From a virus (taxonomy: Duplodnaviria; Caudoviricetes), in IMG/VR virus record IMGVR_UViG_3300021197_001179, positions 372 through 64,371 of that record: 64,000 bases of DNA; one strand, given 5' to 3'. Position 1 is the first letter of the stretch; each line of letters starts with the position of its first letter. The position numbers and the translations under genes were made by a program. The notes beneath the pieces are model-generated. The model did not search any database. It saw only the letters and a program-made list of their open reading frames with translations, and was not told where the DNA came from. Below, piece by piece: positions 35,049 to 46,100 of this stretch.

Positions 35049-38000
35049 TGGCGGATCAACCAGTAAGATTCAATCCTGTCGGTAATATGGACAAGGATGC
35101 AGACCCTCGCTATGTGCGCCAGGGTAACTACATAGATGCCAAAAACATACAAAAACTAACAGAGAAGGGGGAGACAGGAGGGTCTGTGATTCCTACAAAA
35201 GGCAACAAGTATGCTTTTGATTTAGGTAGTGTGACCGCCCAAAGTAAGAAGTATAGGATTGAGAAAGCCGAAATTGAGAACACATACACACCTTCAAGTT
35301 TTACTACGACTAGTAAAGGAGGGGTTTACACTTCAATTACTTTTTCATTTAGCAATCCCCCTGCCGTATTGATTGGGGAACAAATAACAATCTCAGGAGC
35401 TTCTCCTTCAGCCTTAAATGGAACATTTTATGTAGAAGGTATAAGTAATACCGGATTTACAATAGGTACTGTAATCCCCGGTTCTTTAAATCAAGTCTGG
35501 AGTTTAGGAATACCGACAAGTACCACAATTAGTTTTCCTTCAACATCTATAATAACATTAGGGTCTTTTCAGATTCAGTTCTGGAGTATGAATGAAGACC
35601 AGTTGATTTCTACTATAGGTAATGATGGAACTGTATCTAGCATTGAAACGGGGATACAAAATAGCAATATTGGACCTTACGTCAACACAACTTCCACATC
35701 GGACTATGTTGAGGTAGAATTAACTGCATATGATTACTATGATTATCATATAAAATCTACGGGTGATAACTATCTGAAGGTATACGCTATTCAGGAAGCT
35801 ATTCCTAAAAACGTAGCTGGACCCCTTAAAGCAAACGGTTCACACGACCTTTTAGGAGACCTTTTTATAACGTCCTCAACGCTTGACTTAGAGCCTCAGA
35901 AGCTTAACTTAACAGTTATAAATGTTGGGCTTACCGGTCCCATAACTAGCGTTGTTTTTAATACTAATCATAACTTCCAAGTTGGAGATTGGATTGGCAT
36001 AAGAGAATCTAATGCGAGTTGGTTAAATGGAGTCTTTTTGGTTAACTCTGTTCCATCTTCAACAGAAATTGGTATTGTCACAGCAATTGCTTGGGCTGGA
36101 GTGCCGAGTTATGATCCGTTTGATGTAGGCGATGAGCAGGTGTATCTCAATCCAAAGTCAATTGGAGAGATAGGTGTTGCCACATACAATCAAGATTCTG
36201 ATGTATGGACATACACAAGGCTGCTTCGTTCTATGCAACTTAATTTTGTATTAGAACATGCAAATGATATAACCGGAAGAGATGACATAAGAAGAAAGAC
36301 TCTTTACTATACTGATGATTTCAACAACAGAAGGGCTTTCTATTACTATGGAGATTACGAAACAGATGGAGCCTTAAACTTCGTCAATAGCGAAAACTTT
36401 TACTTCTATGATATAGTCTCAGAGCAATCTGAAGTTTCTGCCGCACAAATAGGTGCTGATGTGGAACTGTATCAGCAGATGGCTGGTGGGTCTATTAAAT
36501 CAGGAAACAAGAGGTACTTCTGTTATTTGGTTGATTTTTTTGGCAACCAATCAGCTTACTCGTATTTAAGTAATATTGTAAGTGCTTACTCAGCGACTCC
36601 AAGTGGAACCGCTTATGGTGACGATGTTGATGTAAATACAGGTAAGCTAAATAGGATTCTTATATCAGACATAGATAGAAGATTCTTCCAGTATATAGCT
36701 TTAGGTTACGTAGATTATGTAGAAGATGTAGTTACTGCTTTTGTTCTTTCAGAGCAAGACATTACTGCAAACTCTATGGTAATTAACCATAATGGCTCAG
36801 AAACTGCATTTGCAGTAGACCTTGCTGATATTCCTATTAGTCTACAGAAGACCCCTAAGAAGGCTTTGAATGTGGACATCATAGACAACAGGCTAGTCTT
36901 TTCAAATCTGCAAGAAGAACCAAAAAGAGACATAAGAGATTGGGCTAAGACATTTAAGCATAGGATAAAAAACAAGTTCATTACTGAATCTACTAAATTT
37001 CAGATAGGAGAGTACCAAGACGTACACACCATACATGATGATTTAGGTTACATGATTAACGAAACCTACAGATTCGGTGTGCAAGTTAGATGGACTGACA
37101 ATGGTCAGTGGTCAGAAGCTGCATGGGTTGATGATATTAAAGTTGATTTTGACACTGATAATACGGTAAACCCATTTAATGACAATCGTAGAGATCAAAC
37201 GGGGAGTGATTTGTTGACCAATTATGACTTGACAGAAAGCCTATATGATTTCAATAATCCACTTCCATTACCTATAAATCCAGACACTGGAGAAGAAGCA
37301 GTTGGGATTGGAGTCCCCCCTAGATATCCTAACACAGCTAAAGTAAAGGTGGCTTACGTAGAGTTCTTTGGCTTTGACTTTACCTACGAAATAAATGGAG
37401 AGCCCCTATCAAACTTAATAGATAAGATAAAGATTGTTCGTGTAGAATGTATTCCTGAAGTATTAGCTACGGGAGCCTCTGTCCTATCTGTTGGTATGGG
37501 TTCTACCGTAGAAGACGCTGATTTTGGGAGTTTTGTTGGTGAAACTTTGGTTAACAATCAGTTTGATATGGAGTACACCCAAGATAACATGGTTGACTCA
37601 ACCAATTATTTGAGCTTGCCTTCTTCAATTGATCCTGAATTGTCCAATGTTGAATTTAGCAACATAACAGGTCAAACTATTTCGATTACAAACCCCACCT
37701 TTCCTTTAGCTTATGGATTCAACAACGGGAATATATACAAAAACGTACTTCCATCGTTATGTTTGACTGAGCATCAAGCTGACCCTCCTTTTAATTGGAA
37801 GACCTTTAAAGGAACTTTTCACGAGTATCCTTTTGCATATGGTAGTCCTGTTCAAGGCGGTATTAGACCGATATTCTTTTTTGATTACGGTCCTACCATG
37901 ATATCAAACAAGAGTAGAAAAGACTATCAGTTTTATATCGATAGCAACAGCTACTATAATCAGTTTGGTTTTACTTTGGGTGGAGAAATAAACCCTCCAT

Positions 38001-40708
38001 TATTCCCAGCTCTTAGTCTTCCAAACACTCCGCACGTTACACCTAATTTCAGAAGGTGTTGGTATTCTGGAGAAATTTTAGGTCCAAACCCAACCTATCC
38101 TGCTAATTATTATAATAAAATTGAAAACCTTGGATATCCAGATTTTGAATTTAGGGGTAGTGTAGAATTTCACAACATAACTCCTCTTTACTATTATGGA
38201 GAGGATGCAAATCCAACGTCCCTTCCTAGTAGCGGTCAAAATATGAACGGAGGGTTTACTGGGGGTGATCACGGAAAGCCATTTGGGACTCTTGTAAGAT
38301 TGGCAAACGAACAGCTTACTAGAATAATGGCAGAGCCTACGGCTCTAAAGTATCGTAATGCTGTTTATAGATATTACCCATTTTGGGTAAACAGAAGGAT
38401 TCTTTCTATATACGCTCCAGACTTATTGCTAGGGCAGTCAAATGTTGCACCTGCTGCAAAACTTCATGTATTTGGGGAGTACAGGGTTTCAAAATTTCAC
38501 CAAGGTGATTTTGTAAATGGACTATTTGTAAATGATGCCGTTGTTCCTTCTGGTTACACAGAGTATGGTGCTGAAAATTTTGGAACTACCTATGATGAAT
38601 ATGAAGTACAAAGCACCCATGAAATAGGAGATGGGGGTTCGGACTCTATATATCCTGATGCTAAGTTCCGAAAAGGATATAGCGCACATGCTAGAAATTG
38701 GGAGGGTTCAGGGGCTGGAGACTTAGACAGCCAACCATATGCTAGATATGAAAATCTTTGGCAAAACAAAGGCGGTTTAGTAATTAGGGTTGATGGAGAT
38801 TCTGATTTAGATTTAAGAGACCAACTTACTGGTGTTAAATCTCCAAATAAGAATACTGATTACGGAGTTTACTACATACACTTATTTCAAGAAAACAGAG
38901 GTAAGTATGGTGCTACCGGAGATTCTATTTACATTGATACTGGAAAATCTTTTAGAGTTGATCAGCTTTCTTTTGACGTAAATGGTTTAGTAGAAAAAGA
39001 CCAACTAAAAATATTTGGAGGAGATACCTTCACTCAGTCATTTTATTTAGGTGCTAGAAGAGTTAATGGCAACTTAGCAGAAGGCGGTTGGAATACAGAT
39101 GATTTTTCTGGAACAGAGGGTCCAGGATGGGGTGGTGGAATGAAGTTCTATTCTCAAAATAGGATTAACGCTCAGATGAGAACTGACGATGCTGACGCTT
39201 TCTTATATCCTTCAGACGTAACTAATCAAGGAACTTGGCTTCAAGACTATGAAGCGGGATTTGGATTTAACTTTAGATACAATCCATCATATACTCCAGA
39301 AAACGGAATCCTTTCTTACAATTCTATAAACGATAGACTTCTTAAACAACAGACAGACCTACCGTCTAGAATAGATTACAGTCAGAAGTATGAACAGCAA
39401 ACGCTTGATGACAAGAATCAATCTTTCCTTCCGTTAAACTTCAAGGACATAGACCAAACATTCGGTGAGATTATTTCACACAAGAATGTCAATGGAGAGT
39501 TATTTACATTACAGCCTAGAAAGTTCCAAGCTCAGTACTTCCACGCAACAGGTCAACTACAGACAGATGTCGCGGAGGGGTTGAACATAGTTATCGGTGA
39601 CGGTGCTGTTTTATCAAGAGACGGGCAGACTCTTTCTGCCTACGGAACACAGCATAAGTGGTCTGTAATAAAGGGCAGAAGTCCAGGCGGTAAAGATGTT
39701 CTATACTGGTTTAATCAAGAGTCCAAGTTAATTATGAGGTTTGGTGCTGATGGAACTGTGGTGCTTTCGGATGTAAAGGGTCTTAGATCATTTTTAGAAA
39801 ATGATGCAAGATGGACGGAAGGCAAAGACACACCTTATGTGGGAGATGGAGTAAGAGTTGTATGGGATGACGAGTACAAGGAGGCTATTTGGACTTGGAG
39901 GGGTGTAAGGAAAGTTGGAGGATGGGTTTCAAACGAAGCCGAAAGAGTTCCTATTGGAACACCACCACAACCTATAATTCAAGTAGAGTATATTGTAGGT
40001 CAAGTAGTCAGTAATCCTAACGCACCATCGGATACATTTGATAATATACCAAGACTATACAGGTGTACCGTAACTCATAGCAACACTAATAATTACGAGC
40101 CTGGTGTAGGAGTATCTTGGGAACAAGTATGGGAACAGATTCCATACGAAGATGAAGAGTATTATACTTGGTTCACACTTGCATTTAATGAGATGACAAA
40201 CGGATTCTCTTCGTTCTACTCTCACCATCCTAAGATTTACTTCCCTTGGAAGAATAAGTTCTTATCTGCACATCCTACTCAGGAGCAAAAGATATACGAG
40301 CATAGGAAGGGGGAATACACTACATGGTACACCACTCAAGTGGAAGGTGAAAGACCTGTTGAGTTGTCTGAGGACGCTTACATTGAGGGTGTAGTAAACT
40401 ATCTACCAGAGTCAAGCAAGAAGTTTGTAGCCACACAAGTTATAAGTGACAATGAGCCTGATAGAATGGACTTTAAAACACTTAATCAAGAGAGTTTCTT
40501 GAACATTGGTGAGTTTGATGACCACGATGACCATTGGAGGTCTCCGATAAAGAATGACTCAACTGTAAGTGGCAACCCTTCCGGAGACACAAAATCATTA
40601 ATGGGAGACTTTATAAAAGTTAAGTTTTTCTTTACAAAAAAGACCTACAATAGGCTATACAACTTTGTTGTGAAGCTAAGAGAAAGATTAAGAATCTATA
40701 GAAGTTAA
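35048..40708 (+). CDS. tail muzzle/stabilisation protein (P22 gp10-like, crAss-like)
   Basis: GNMDKDADP..YIDAKNI, YYTDDFN, NRLVFSNL, ETYRFGV, TLAFNE..FSSFYS. Confidence 0.8.
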   Translation: MADQPVRFNPVGNMDKDADPRYVRQGNYIDAKNIQKLTEKGETGGSVIPTKGNKYAFDLGSVTAQSKKYRIEKAEIENTYTPSSFTTTSKGGVYTSITFSFSNPPAVLIGEQITISGASPSALNGTFYVEGISNTGFTIGTVIPGSLNQVWSLGIPTSTTISFPSTSIITLGSFQIQFWSMNEDQLISTIGNDGTVSSIETGIQNSNIGPYVNTTSTSDYVEVELTAYDYYDYHIKSTGDNYLKVYAIQEAIPKNVAGPLKANGSHDLLGDLFITSSTLDLEPQKLNLTVINVGLTGPITSVVFNTNHNFQVGDWIGIRESNASWLNGVFLVNSVPSSTEIGIVTAIAWAGVPSYDPFDVGDEQVYLNPKSIGEIGVATYNQDSDVWTYTRLLRSMQLNFVLEHANDITGRDDIRRKTLYYTDDFNNRRAFYYYGDYETDGALNFVNSENFYFYDIVSEQSEVSAAQIGADVELYQQMAGGSIKSGNKRYFCYLVDFFGNQSAYSYLSNIVSAYSATPSGTAYGDDVDVNTGKLNRILISDIDRRFFQYIALGYVDYVEDVVTAFVLSEQDITANSMVINHNGSETAFAVDLADIPISLQKTPKKALNVDIIDNRLVFSNLQEEPKRDIRDWAKTFKHRIKNKFITESTKFQIGEYQDVHTIHDDLGYMINETYRFGVQVRWTDNGQWSEAAWVDDIKVDFDTDNTVNPFNDNRRDQTGSDLLTNYDLTESLYDFNNPLPLPINPDTGEEAVGIGVPPRYPNTAKVKVAYVEFFGFDFTYEINGEPLSNLIDKIKIVRVECIPEVLATGASVLSVGMGSTVEDADFGSFVGETLVNNQFDMEYTQDNMVDSTNYLSLPSSIDPELSNVEFSNITGQTISITNPTFPLAYGFNNGNIYKNVLPSLCLTEHQADPPFNWKTFKGTFHEYPFAYGSPVQGGIRPIFFFDYGPTMISNKSRKDYQFYIDSNSYYNQFGFTLGGEINPPLFPALSLPNTPHVTPNFRRCWYSGEILGPNPTYPANYYNKIENLGYPDFEFRGSVEFHNITPLYYYGEDANPTSLPSSGQNMNGGFTGGDHGKPFGTLVRLANEQLTRIMAEPTALKYRNAVYRYYPFWVNRRILSIYAPDLLLGQSNVAPAAKLHVFGEYRVSKFHQGDFVNGLFVNDAVVPSGYTEYGAENFGTTYDEYEVQSTHEIGDGGSDSIYPDAKFRKGYSAHARNWEGSGAGDLDSQPYARYENLWQNKGGLVIRVDGDSDLDLRDQLTGVKSPNKNTDYGVYYIHLFQENRGKYGATGDSIYIDTGKSFRVDQLSFDVNGLVEKDQLKIFGGDTFTQSFYLGARRVNGNLAEGGWNTDDFSGTEGPGWGGGMKFYSQNRINAQMRTDDADAFLYPSDVTNQGTWLQDYEAGFGFNFRYNPSYTPENGILSYNSINDRLLKQQTDLPSRIDYSQKYEQQTLDDKNQSFLPLNFKDIDQTFGEIISHKNVNGELFTLQPRKFQAQYFHATGQLQTDVAEGLNIVIGDGAVLSRDGQTLSAYGTQHKWSVIKGRSPGGKDVLYWFNQESKLIMRFGADGTVVLSDVKGLRSFLENDARWTEGKDTPYVGDGVRVVWDDEYKEAIWTWRGVRKVGGWVSNEAERVPIGTPPQPIIQVEYIVGQVVSNPNAPSDTFDNIPRLYRCTVTHSNTNNYEPGVGVSWEQVWEQIPYEDEEYYTWFTLAFNEMTNGFSSFYSHHPKIYFPWKNKFLSAHPTQEQKIYEHRKGEYTTWYTTQVEGERPVELSEDAYIEGVVNYLPESSKKFVATQVISDNEPDRMDFKTLNQESFLNIGEFDDHDDHWRSPIKNDSTVSGNPSGDTKSLMGDFIKVKFFFTKKTYNRLYNFVVKLRERLRIYRS

Positions 40709-40730
40709 GTATATTTGTAAATAGAGTAAA

Positions 40731-41678
40731 ATGGCGGAAACATCAGGTAGTTCATCAGGTAGTTCATCAGGCGGTGATTCAGGAGGCGGAGGAAACTTTG
40801 CAGGTTGGATTGGTACAATAGTACAAGGGGTAACAGGAGGCATCCAAATGGGTGTCGCAATGGATTCGTTATCTAGACTACCCGGTTACAAACAATACTC
40901 AACAGGCGCAGACTTAGAGACAGCCACTTTGATGGCACGTAGGGCTGCACAGCAGGGAATGTCTCCTGCTGAAAGGGCTGTAGCAGAACAACAAATCGGA
41001 ACTGCTCAAAGCAGAACACAACGTGCGATGGAACAGAGAGGCTTGGGTAACCTAGCCGCTGCTGTGTCTCAGATAAGAACTACTGAGGCAATGAATCAGC
41101 TTGCTGCACAGAACGCACAGATTAAACGTCAAAGCCTTGGGCAGTATTCTCAACTTGCAGGTCAAATTCAAGCCATAGAAAGTCAGAACATTCAGTCGTT
41201 TAATCAAATGTTAATGTCTCAACAAACAGCTCTAGGTCAAGCTGCACAAGCAGGTTTTAAAAACCTTGCAGGTACTGGGGCTTCAATTGCAGAGGCTACT
41301 GAAGGACAAGGTGTTATGGATAAGCAGACTTATTCAGATGATCAAATTCTTCAAATAGAGCAAATGAAGCAGAACAGACCAATGGAGAGAACTCCTGATT
41401 CAACTATAATGAAGATGTCAGATTCTGATTTACAGGATCAAATGCAAAACCAATTTTTTACGGGAGAAGCAGCAGCTAGGACATCACCGGAATATCAAGC
41501 TGGATTAATGCCTCAAATGGATTTCAATGCTAATAATTACTTTGGCGATATGGGATATACCGAACCAACATTTGTTGGTGGGGGGCAAAATGCTCCATTT
41601 TTTGATACTACTTCTACGGGGGCAATGGCTCCGGGTGGTGTTGACGCAGGAACATATACACACGTATTTGAAGAATAA
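40731..41678 (+). CDS. putative ejection/pilot protein
   Basis: Gly/Ala/Gln-rich with N-terminal hydrophobic segment; TATATTTG box upstream. Confidence 0.6.
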   Translation: MAETSGSSSGSSSGGDSGGGGNFAGWIGTIVQGVTGGIQMGVAMDSLSRLPGYKQYSTGADLETATLMARRAAQQGMSPAERAVAEQQIGTAQSRTQRAMEQRGLGNLAAAVSQIRTTEAMNQLAAQNAQIKRQSLGQYSQLAGQIQAIESQNIQSFNQMLMSQQTALGQAAQAGFKNLAGTGASIAEATEGQGVMDKQTYSDDQILQIEQMKQNRPMERTPDSTIMKMSDSDLQDQMQNQFFTGEAAARTSPEYQAGLMPQMDFNANNYFGDMGYTEPTFVGGGQNAPFFDTTSTGAMAPGGVDAGTYTHVFEE

Positions 41679-41680
41679 TC

Positions 41681-43183
41681 ATGGCAAAAGGACCCTTTGG
41701 TAACCCACTAAGTACTGGTATTGCATTGAACTTTGAGGTCGATATGACCCCATATCGTGATATGCATGCTAGGAAGATGAAGAAGCTTGACGATCAGAAG
41801 AAAGAAGAAAAAAAGAAAGAACAGGAGTTTAAAAACATACTCAAGAATCTAGCATATGATGATTCTAAGATTCACGAAAGAATGCGTGGAAAAGCTAAAA
41901 CAGCATATGCCGGGGCGATAAACGACATGATGGGTATGAGGGGAACGGGAGATTACGGGGCTATGATGCAAACGGCTGCTTCCCTTGAAAGTGAGCTTAA
42001 TTACTATCGTGATGTAACAAGAGATTTTGATGCATACGACAAACAAGACAGAACTAAAAATTATGTTGACCAGGGATACATAGATGCTTTTAATAATGTT
42101 GCTGGTATTTCTGATGCTGAATTAGCAGACAGATATCAGAACATAGTTAATGTTGATGATAAACGAGGTGGTTTGTTTTCTTCTAAAGTTAGAAGGTTAA
42201 ATGATGTTGATTTTGTAAACAAAGCAATACAAGGTCTTCCTGATAGATTTAGAAGAGATGCTGATGGCAATGTTGTTAAAGGTGAATACAATCCTCAAAC
42301 AGGGAAGTACTTCTTTGACATGGAGAAAATCGCTGACAAAGAAGGATTTAAAAACGCATTAGCTGAGAGGTATGTGATGGAAACTGGTCAAGAAGGAATT
42401 GGACATTTGTCTCAAATCTTCGGTCTTTCGGCAGATGATTTTGAGGGCACGAATAAACCTCAAGTGTATGCAAGGCAAAGAATTGACCAACTACTTCCTT
42501 CGGAAAAGCTAGAGGCTACAGAAAAGATTATTAGTCAACCAACCGAATCAAGTGCAGGTAAGGGTACTAGATTTGAAGATAAGTTTAAAGTAGACTTTAT
42601 TGATTACCAAAGAGATTTCGAACAAGCGTCAGGTATTACTGATGAAAGAATTTTTGGAATGCAATTAAACACCATAGTAGACCCTAAATCAAGGGCTAAA
42701 GGGGGGGTTGCTAAGAGAGTTACTCTTAGTGATGGTTTTAGGTCTATAGGAGGTGCAGCTTTTAAGCCAACTCCGAAAAAAGGATTTTCAAGAAAGAAAA
42801 TGGAAGCGATTGTTGATGGAATTTATGCTAAAGGAAAAGACAACACTATTTATCTGGGGTACACTTATCCGGACAAACGTGGAGATATAGAGGAAGTAGT
42901 TTTTCATATTGAGCCTATCATAAAACCAACTTTTGAGGACCAAGGAGTTATTCAATTTGTAAGGGCTTCAGGAATGTCTAAGGGTCAATTTAAGGCATAC
43001 TACAACCAAGTTGCAGAGTCGGCAGGTATGCCTTTATGGAAAGACGGGAGTGATAGTGGTAAGCCGGCAAGAAGAACAGAGATAAATGAATCTGAAATAG
43101 CAGAAATAGCACGACAGAAAGGCTATCCTGAAGCAGAATACAGACAACTTCTACTAGATAACGGAATTAAAATAATACCATAA
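41681..43183 (+). CDS. putative internal virion/ejection protein
   Basis: 500 aa, coiled-coil N-terminus, position. Confidence 0.55.
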   Translation: MAKGPFGNPLSTGIALNFEVDMTPYRDMHARKMKKLDDQKKEEKKKEQEFKNILKNLAYDDSKIHERMRGKAKTAYAGAINDMMGMRGTGDYGAMMQTAASLESELNYYRDVTRDFDAYDKQDRTKNYVDQGYIDAFNNVAGISDAELADRYQNIVNVDDKRGGLFSSKVRRLNDVDFVNKAIQGLPDRFRRDADGNVVKGEYNPQTGKYFFDMEKIADKEGFKNALAERYVMETGQEGIGHLSQIFGLSADDFEGTNKPQVYARQRIDQLLPSEKLEATEKIISQPTESSAGKGTRFEDKFKVDFIDYQRDFEQASGITDERIFGMQLNTIVDPKSRAKGGVAKRVTLSDGFRSIGGAAFKPTPKKGFSRKKMEAIVDGIYAKGKDNTIYLGYTYPDKRGDIEEVVFHIEPIIKPTFEDQGVIQFVRASGMSKGQFKAYYNQVAESAGMPLWKDGSDSGKPARRTEINESEIAEIARQKGYPEAEYRQLLLDNGIKIIP

Positions 43184-43184
43184 T

Positions 43185-46100
43185 ATGGGTTTTGAAGGCA
43201 CAGTAAGTTACGATGAGTTTGGCATTCCAATTAAATCAAAAGCTGAAGAAGTAGCTGTTGATGAGTTTGGCATTCCAATAAAAAAAAAAGAAGAGACCGA
43301 AGTTTCCAAATCCCCTTCACAAGATGGAGAATCAGAATTTACAGAGCCTGAGACAGGAGTAGATGAGTATGGAAACGAAGTAAGTTTACGCCCTGGTTCT
43401 GAAGAACAAAAACCCTTCTATGCTCTTGATGAAGAAAAGTACAGGGCAGAAAAAGATTCTGAAGAAGAAGAGGTTGAGCCTACCGGACCTACCGGAGCTA
43501 CCGGAGCTGATGGTGCTTATCAAGATGAGGGCGCATATGGTGTTGCCGTCACCCCAACTGGTGCTGCTGTAGATTTAGACCAGCCTTATTATAGGGAACA
43601 AGATAAGATTAGACGAGAAGTAGCAAGTAATCAATCCGTTTTTGGTATTGATAAGCCAGACGAAGATCTTCGTAATTACACTGCTATACCTTTACCTGTA
43701 GACGTTGAAAGTAATGAAGATGTAAAAGGCTATTTGAGTTCTCAGGTTGGTGATGTTCAAAACCTAGTAAATAGGGCATTATTAAACCCACAAGAATATG
43801 GGTATCCTGAAAGACTATCGTCTGCAAGCGAAGAAGACATTCAGACTCTTGTAAATGAGATGTGGAAATTTTCATCTCCTAAATTTGAGTCTTCCTCTGT
43901 TTCAGGACAGACACCATATGGGGTTTCCGTAGAGACCGAAACACAACCACTTCCTTTAGATTCTCAAGGAGATAACTTTATAAACCTTGACGAGTCTTAC
44001 TTCAGGAATGTAGCAAGAAAGGCTATTGATGATTACACTAGTTTATTTGAAGCTAATAGGAATAATGAAATTTTAGAGGAGTCTGTTAGATATTACTATG
44101 ATAACGGCTATGCTCCAGAGGCAATAATGGGATCCTTATACAGAGATCTTTCATTGCAGGATGTCGAAAAAATGCCCCAAGAAGAAAGGGATTTGTATGA
44201 TAACGTTGTAGAGCTAAAGAATATATCAGAACAACTAAACTCTTCTTCAAAACAATCTACAAAGAACGCAGGGCTTCAAACAAGGTACAATGACCTATTG
44301 TTAAAAAACAAAAGTCTAAGAAACACAATAGGAAAAGATAGAAAGCCTCTTTACAACATGCTTACAGGTAAACCTGTTGATAAGCTTGATGGCAATTCAA
44401 TGAACCTGTCATTTGCAATAGAAGATGCAAAGGAGAAGCTTACGTATGAAGATAATATAGAAGACTTATACATTAAAGCTTCTTTGGCTTCTAATGAGAA
44501 TATAAGTTATGGTCTAAAAACCAAGAAAGACATTAAGATACCATTGTCTGATATAGACTCTAGGGCTGCAATAAATTACTTGGAATCAAAAGGATACAAG
44601 AGAAAAAGTGCTGGTTACAGAGTTGTCGGATTTGATCAGGTTTCTCTTTCTGACGTAGCTAACTTTAGCGTAAGAGGATCAATTAATGAAGAATTATCTG
44701 AAGAGGCAGAAAGGTGGCTAGACAGGAATACTGATTTAATGGTTGACAGGATAGCCGCAAGAGATATGTCGTTGCTCAATTTAGACCCAGGTAAGTACAG
44801 AAAAGAACAAATTACACTGCCTATTTTGGGTGATATATACCCAACAAGGATGGCAGAAGTTATTGGAGAGGAAGTTCTTCCTAAAGGGATGACTGAAGAG
44901 ATAGGGCTGTCTGATGTAAAACTTGTGGATAGCGCAATAAGACAACTCAAAAATAGCGGAATTAGTCTTACGGAAAAACAAGAAGAAAACGCAGAGAGAA
45001 CTTTCGGATTAGAAGTTCAAGAAGGAGTGTCGGCTTTCGCCCCAATGTTGGTTGAACTGGCGGTGTTGAATAAAGCCGCTGGAGCGTTAAAGGTGGCTAG
45101 TGGATTAGACAAAGTACTTAAAGCGTATAAAGCAGGGAACAAATTTCAAAGGGGTACAGCAATATTAGCAGATGCCATTATTGAAGAGGGGACTATGCAG
45201 GTTGCCGGATTACAGCCCGGTGCTGGAGCTTCTTTTAGCATTATGGGTAATCGCCTTAGAAAGTATGGATTAGATAAGTTTCCTCTTAAATTTAAGGGGG
45301 AATTTGCTAGGATAAACAAGCTTGCAGATAGCGTGTGGAGCAATTCAATGACGGGTGCTGTTACCATGGAGTTTGCCTCTAATGTAGAAGCTGCTATAGA
45401 GGACATTATGGGTGGAGAAACTATGCAGAACCACTTTGAGCAGAATTATTCAGATTTATCTGAAGTTGGTAAAAGAGGCTTAGTAAATGCCTTTGTATTT
45501 AACATAATTGGAGGTAGAGGTTTAGTCGGAAAAGGTAAATCCGGATTCAGAATAAGAAGAATGGAGGAGGCTCGTGATGAGCTTCAACGTAAGGGACATA
45601 ATTCAGAAGCTAAAGAATTAACAAATTACATAAACCAATACTACGCAGGTAAGCCGGGCAAATCTCAGAATCTTTCATACAACGATATGAAATTATTCGT
45701 TGATAATATGCCTGAAAACGAATCTCAAACATTTACAGTTTCATCTCTTGAAGAGGTTCCTGAAGAATTTAGAGATAGAGTAAAAAGAGAACTAGAAGTT
45801 GAGAGGGAAGTTGATAGAACTTTCTTAGGTATTCCTTTGGGCAAAAAAACAACTAAAGAGGGAATTGCATATTCTTACGAAGTTACAGGCAAAGAAATGC
45901 GTGAGTACTTGAGTAAGACACAAGGAGAAAAAACTGATTCTGAGTTTAAAGACGATTTCAACAAATCCGAAAGAGAAGTAATGCGTAGGGAGTCTGTAGA
46001 AAAAGAGCCTACCGCTGAACCAAAACCGGAACCACCAAAAGAACAAAAAGATGATACGAAAACTACCGAACAAAAAACAAATCTCAGAGAAATAACAAGC

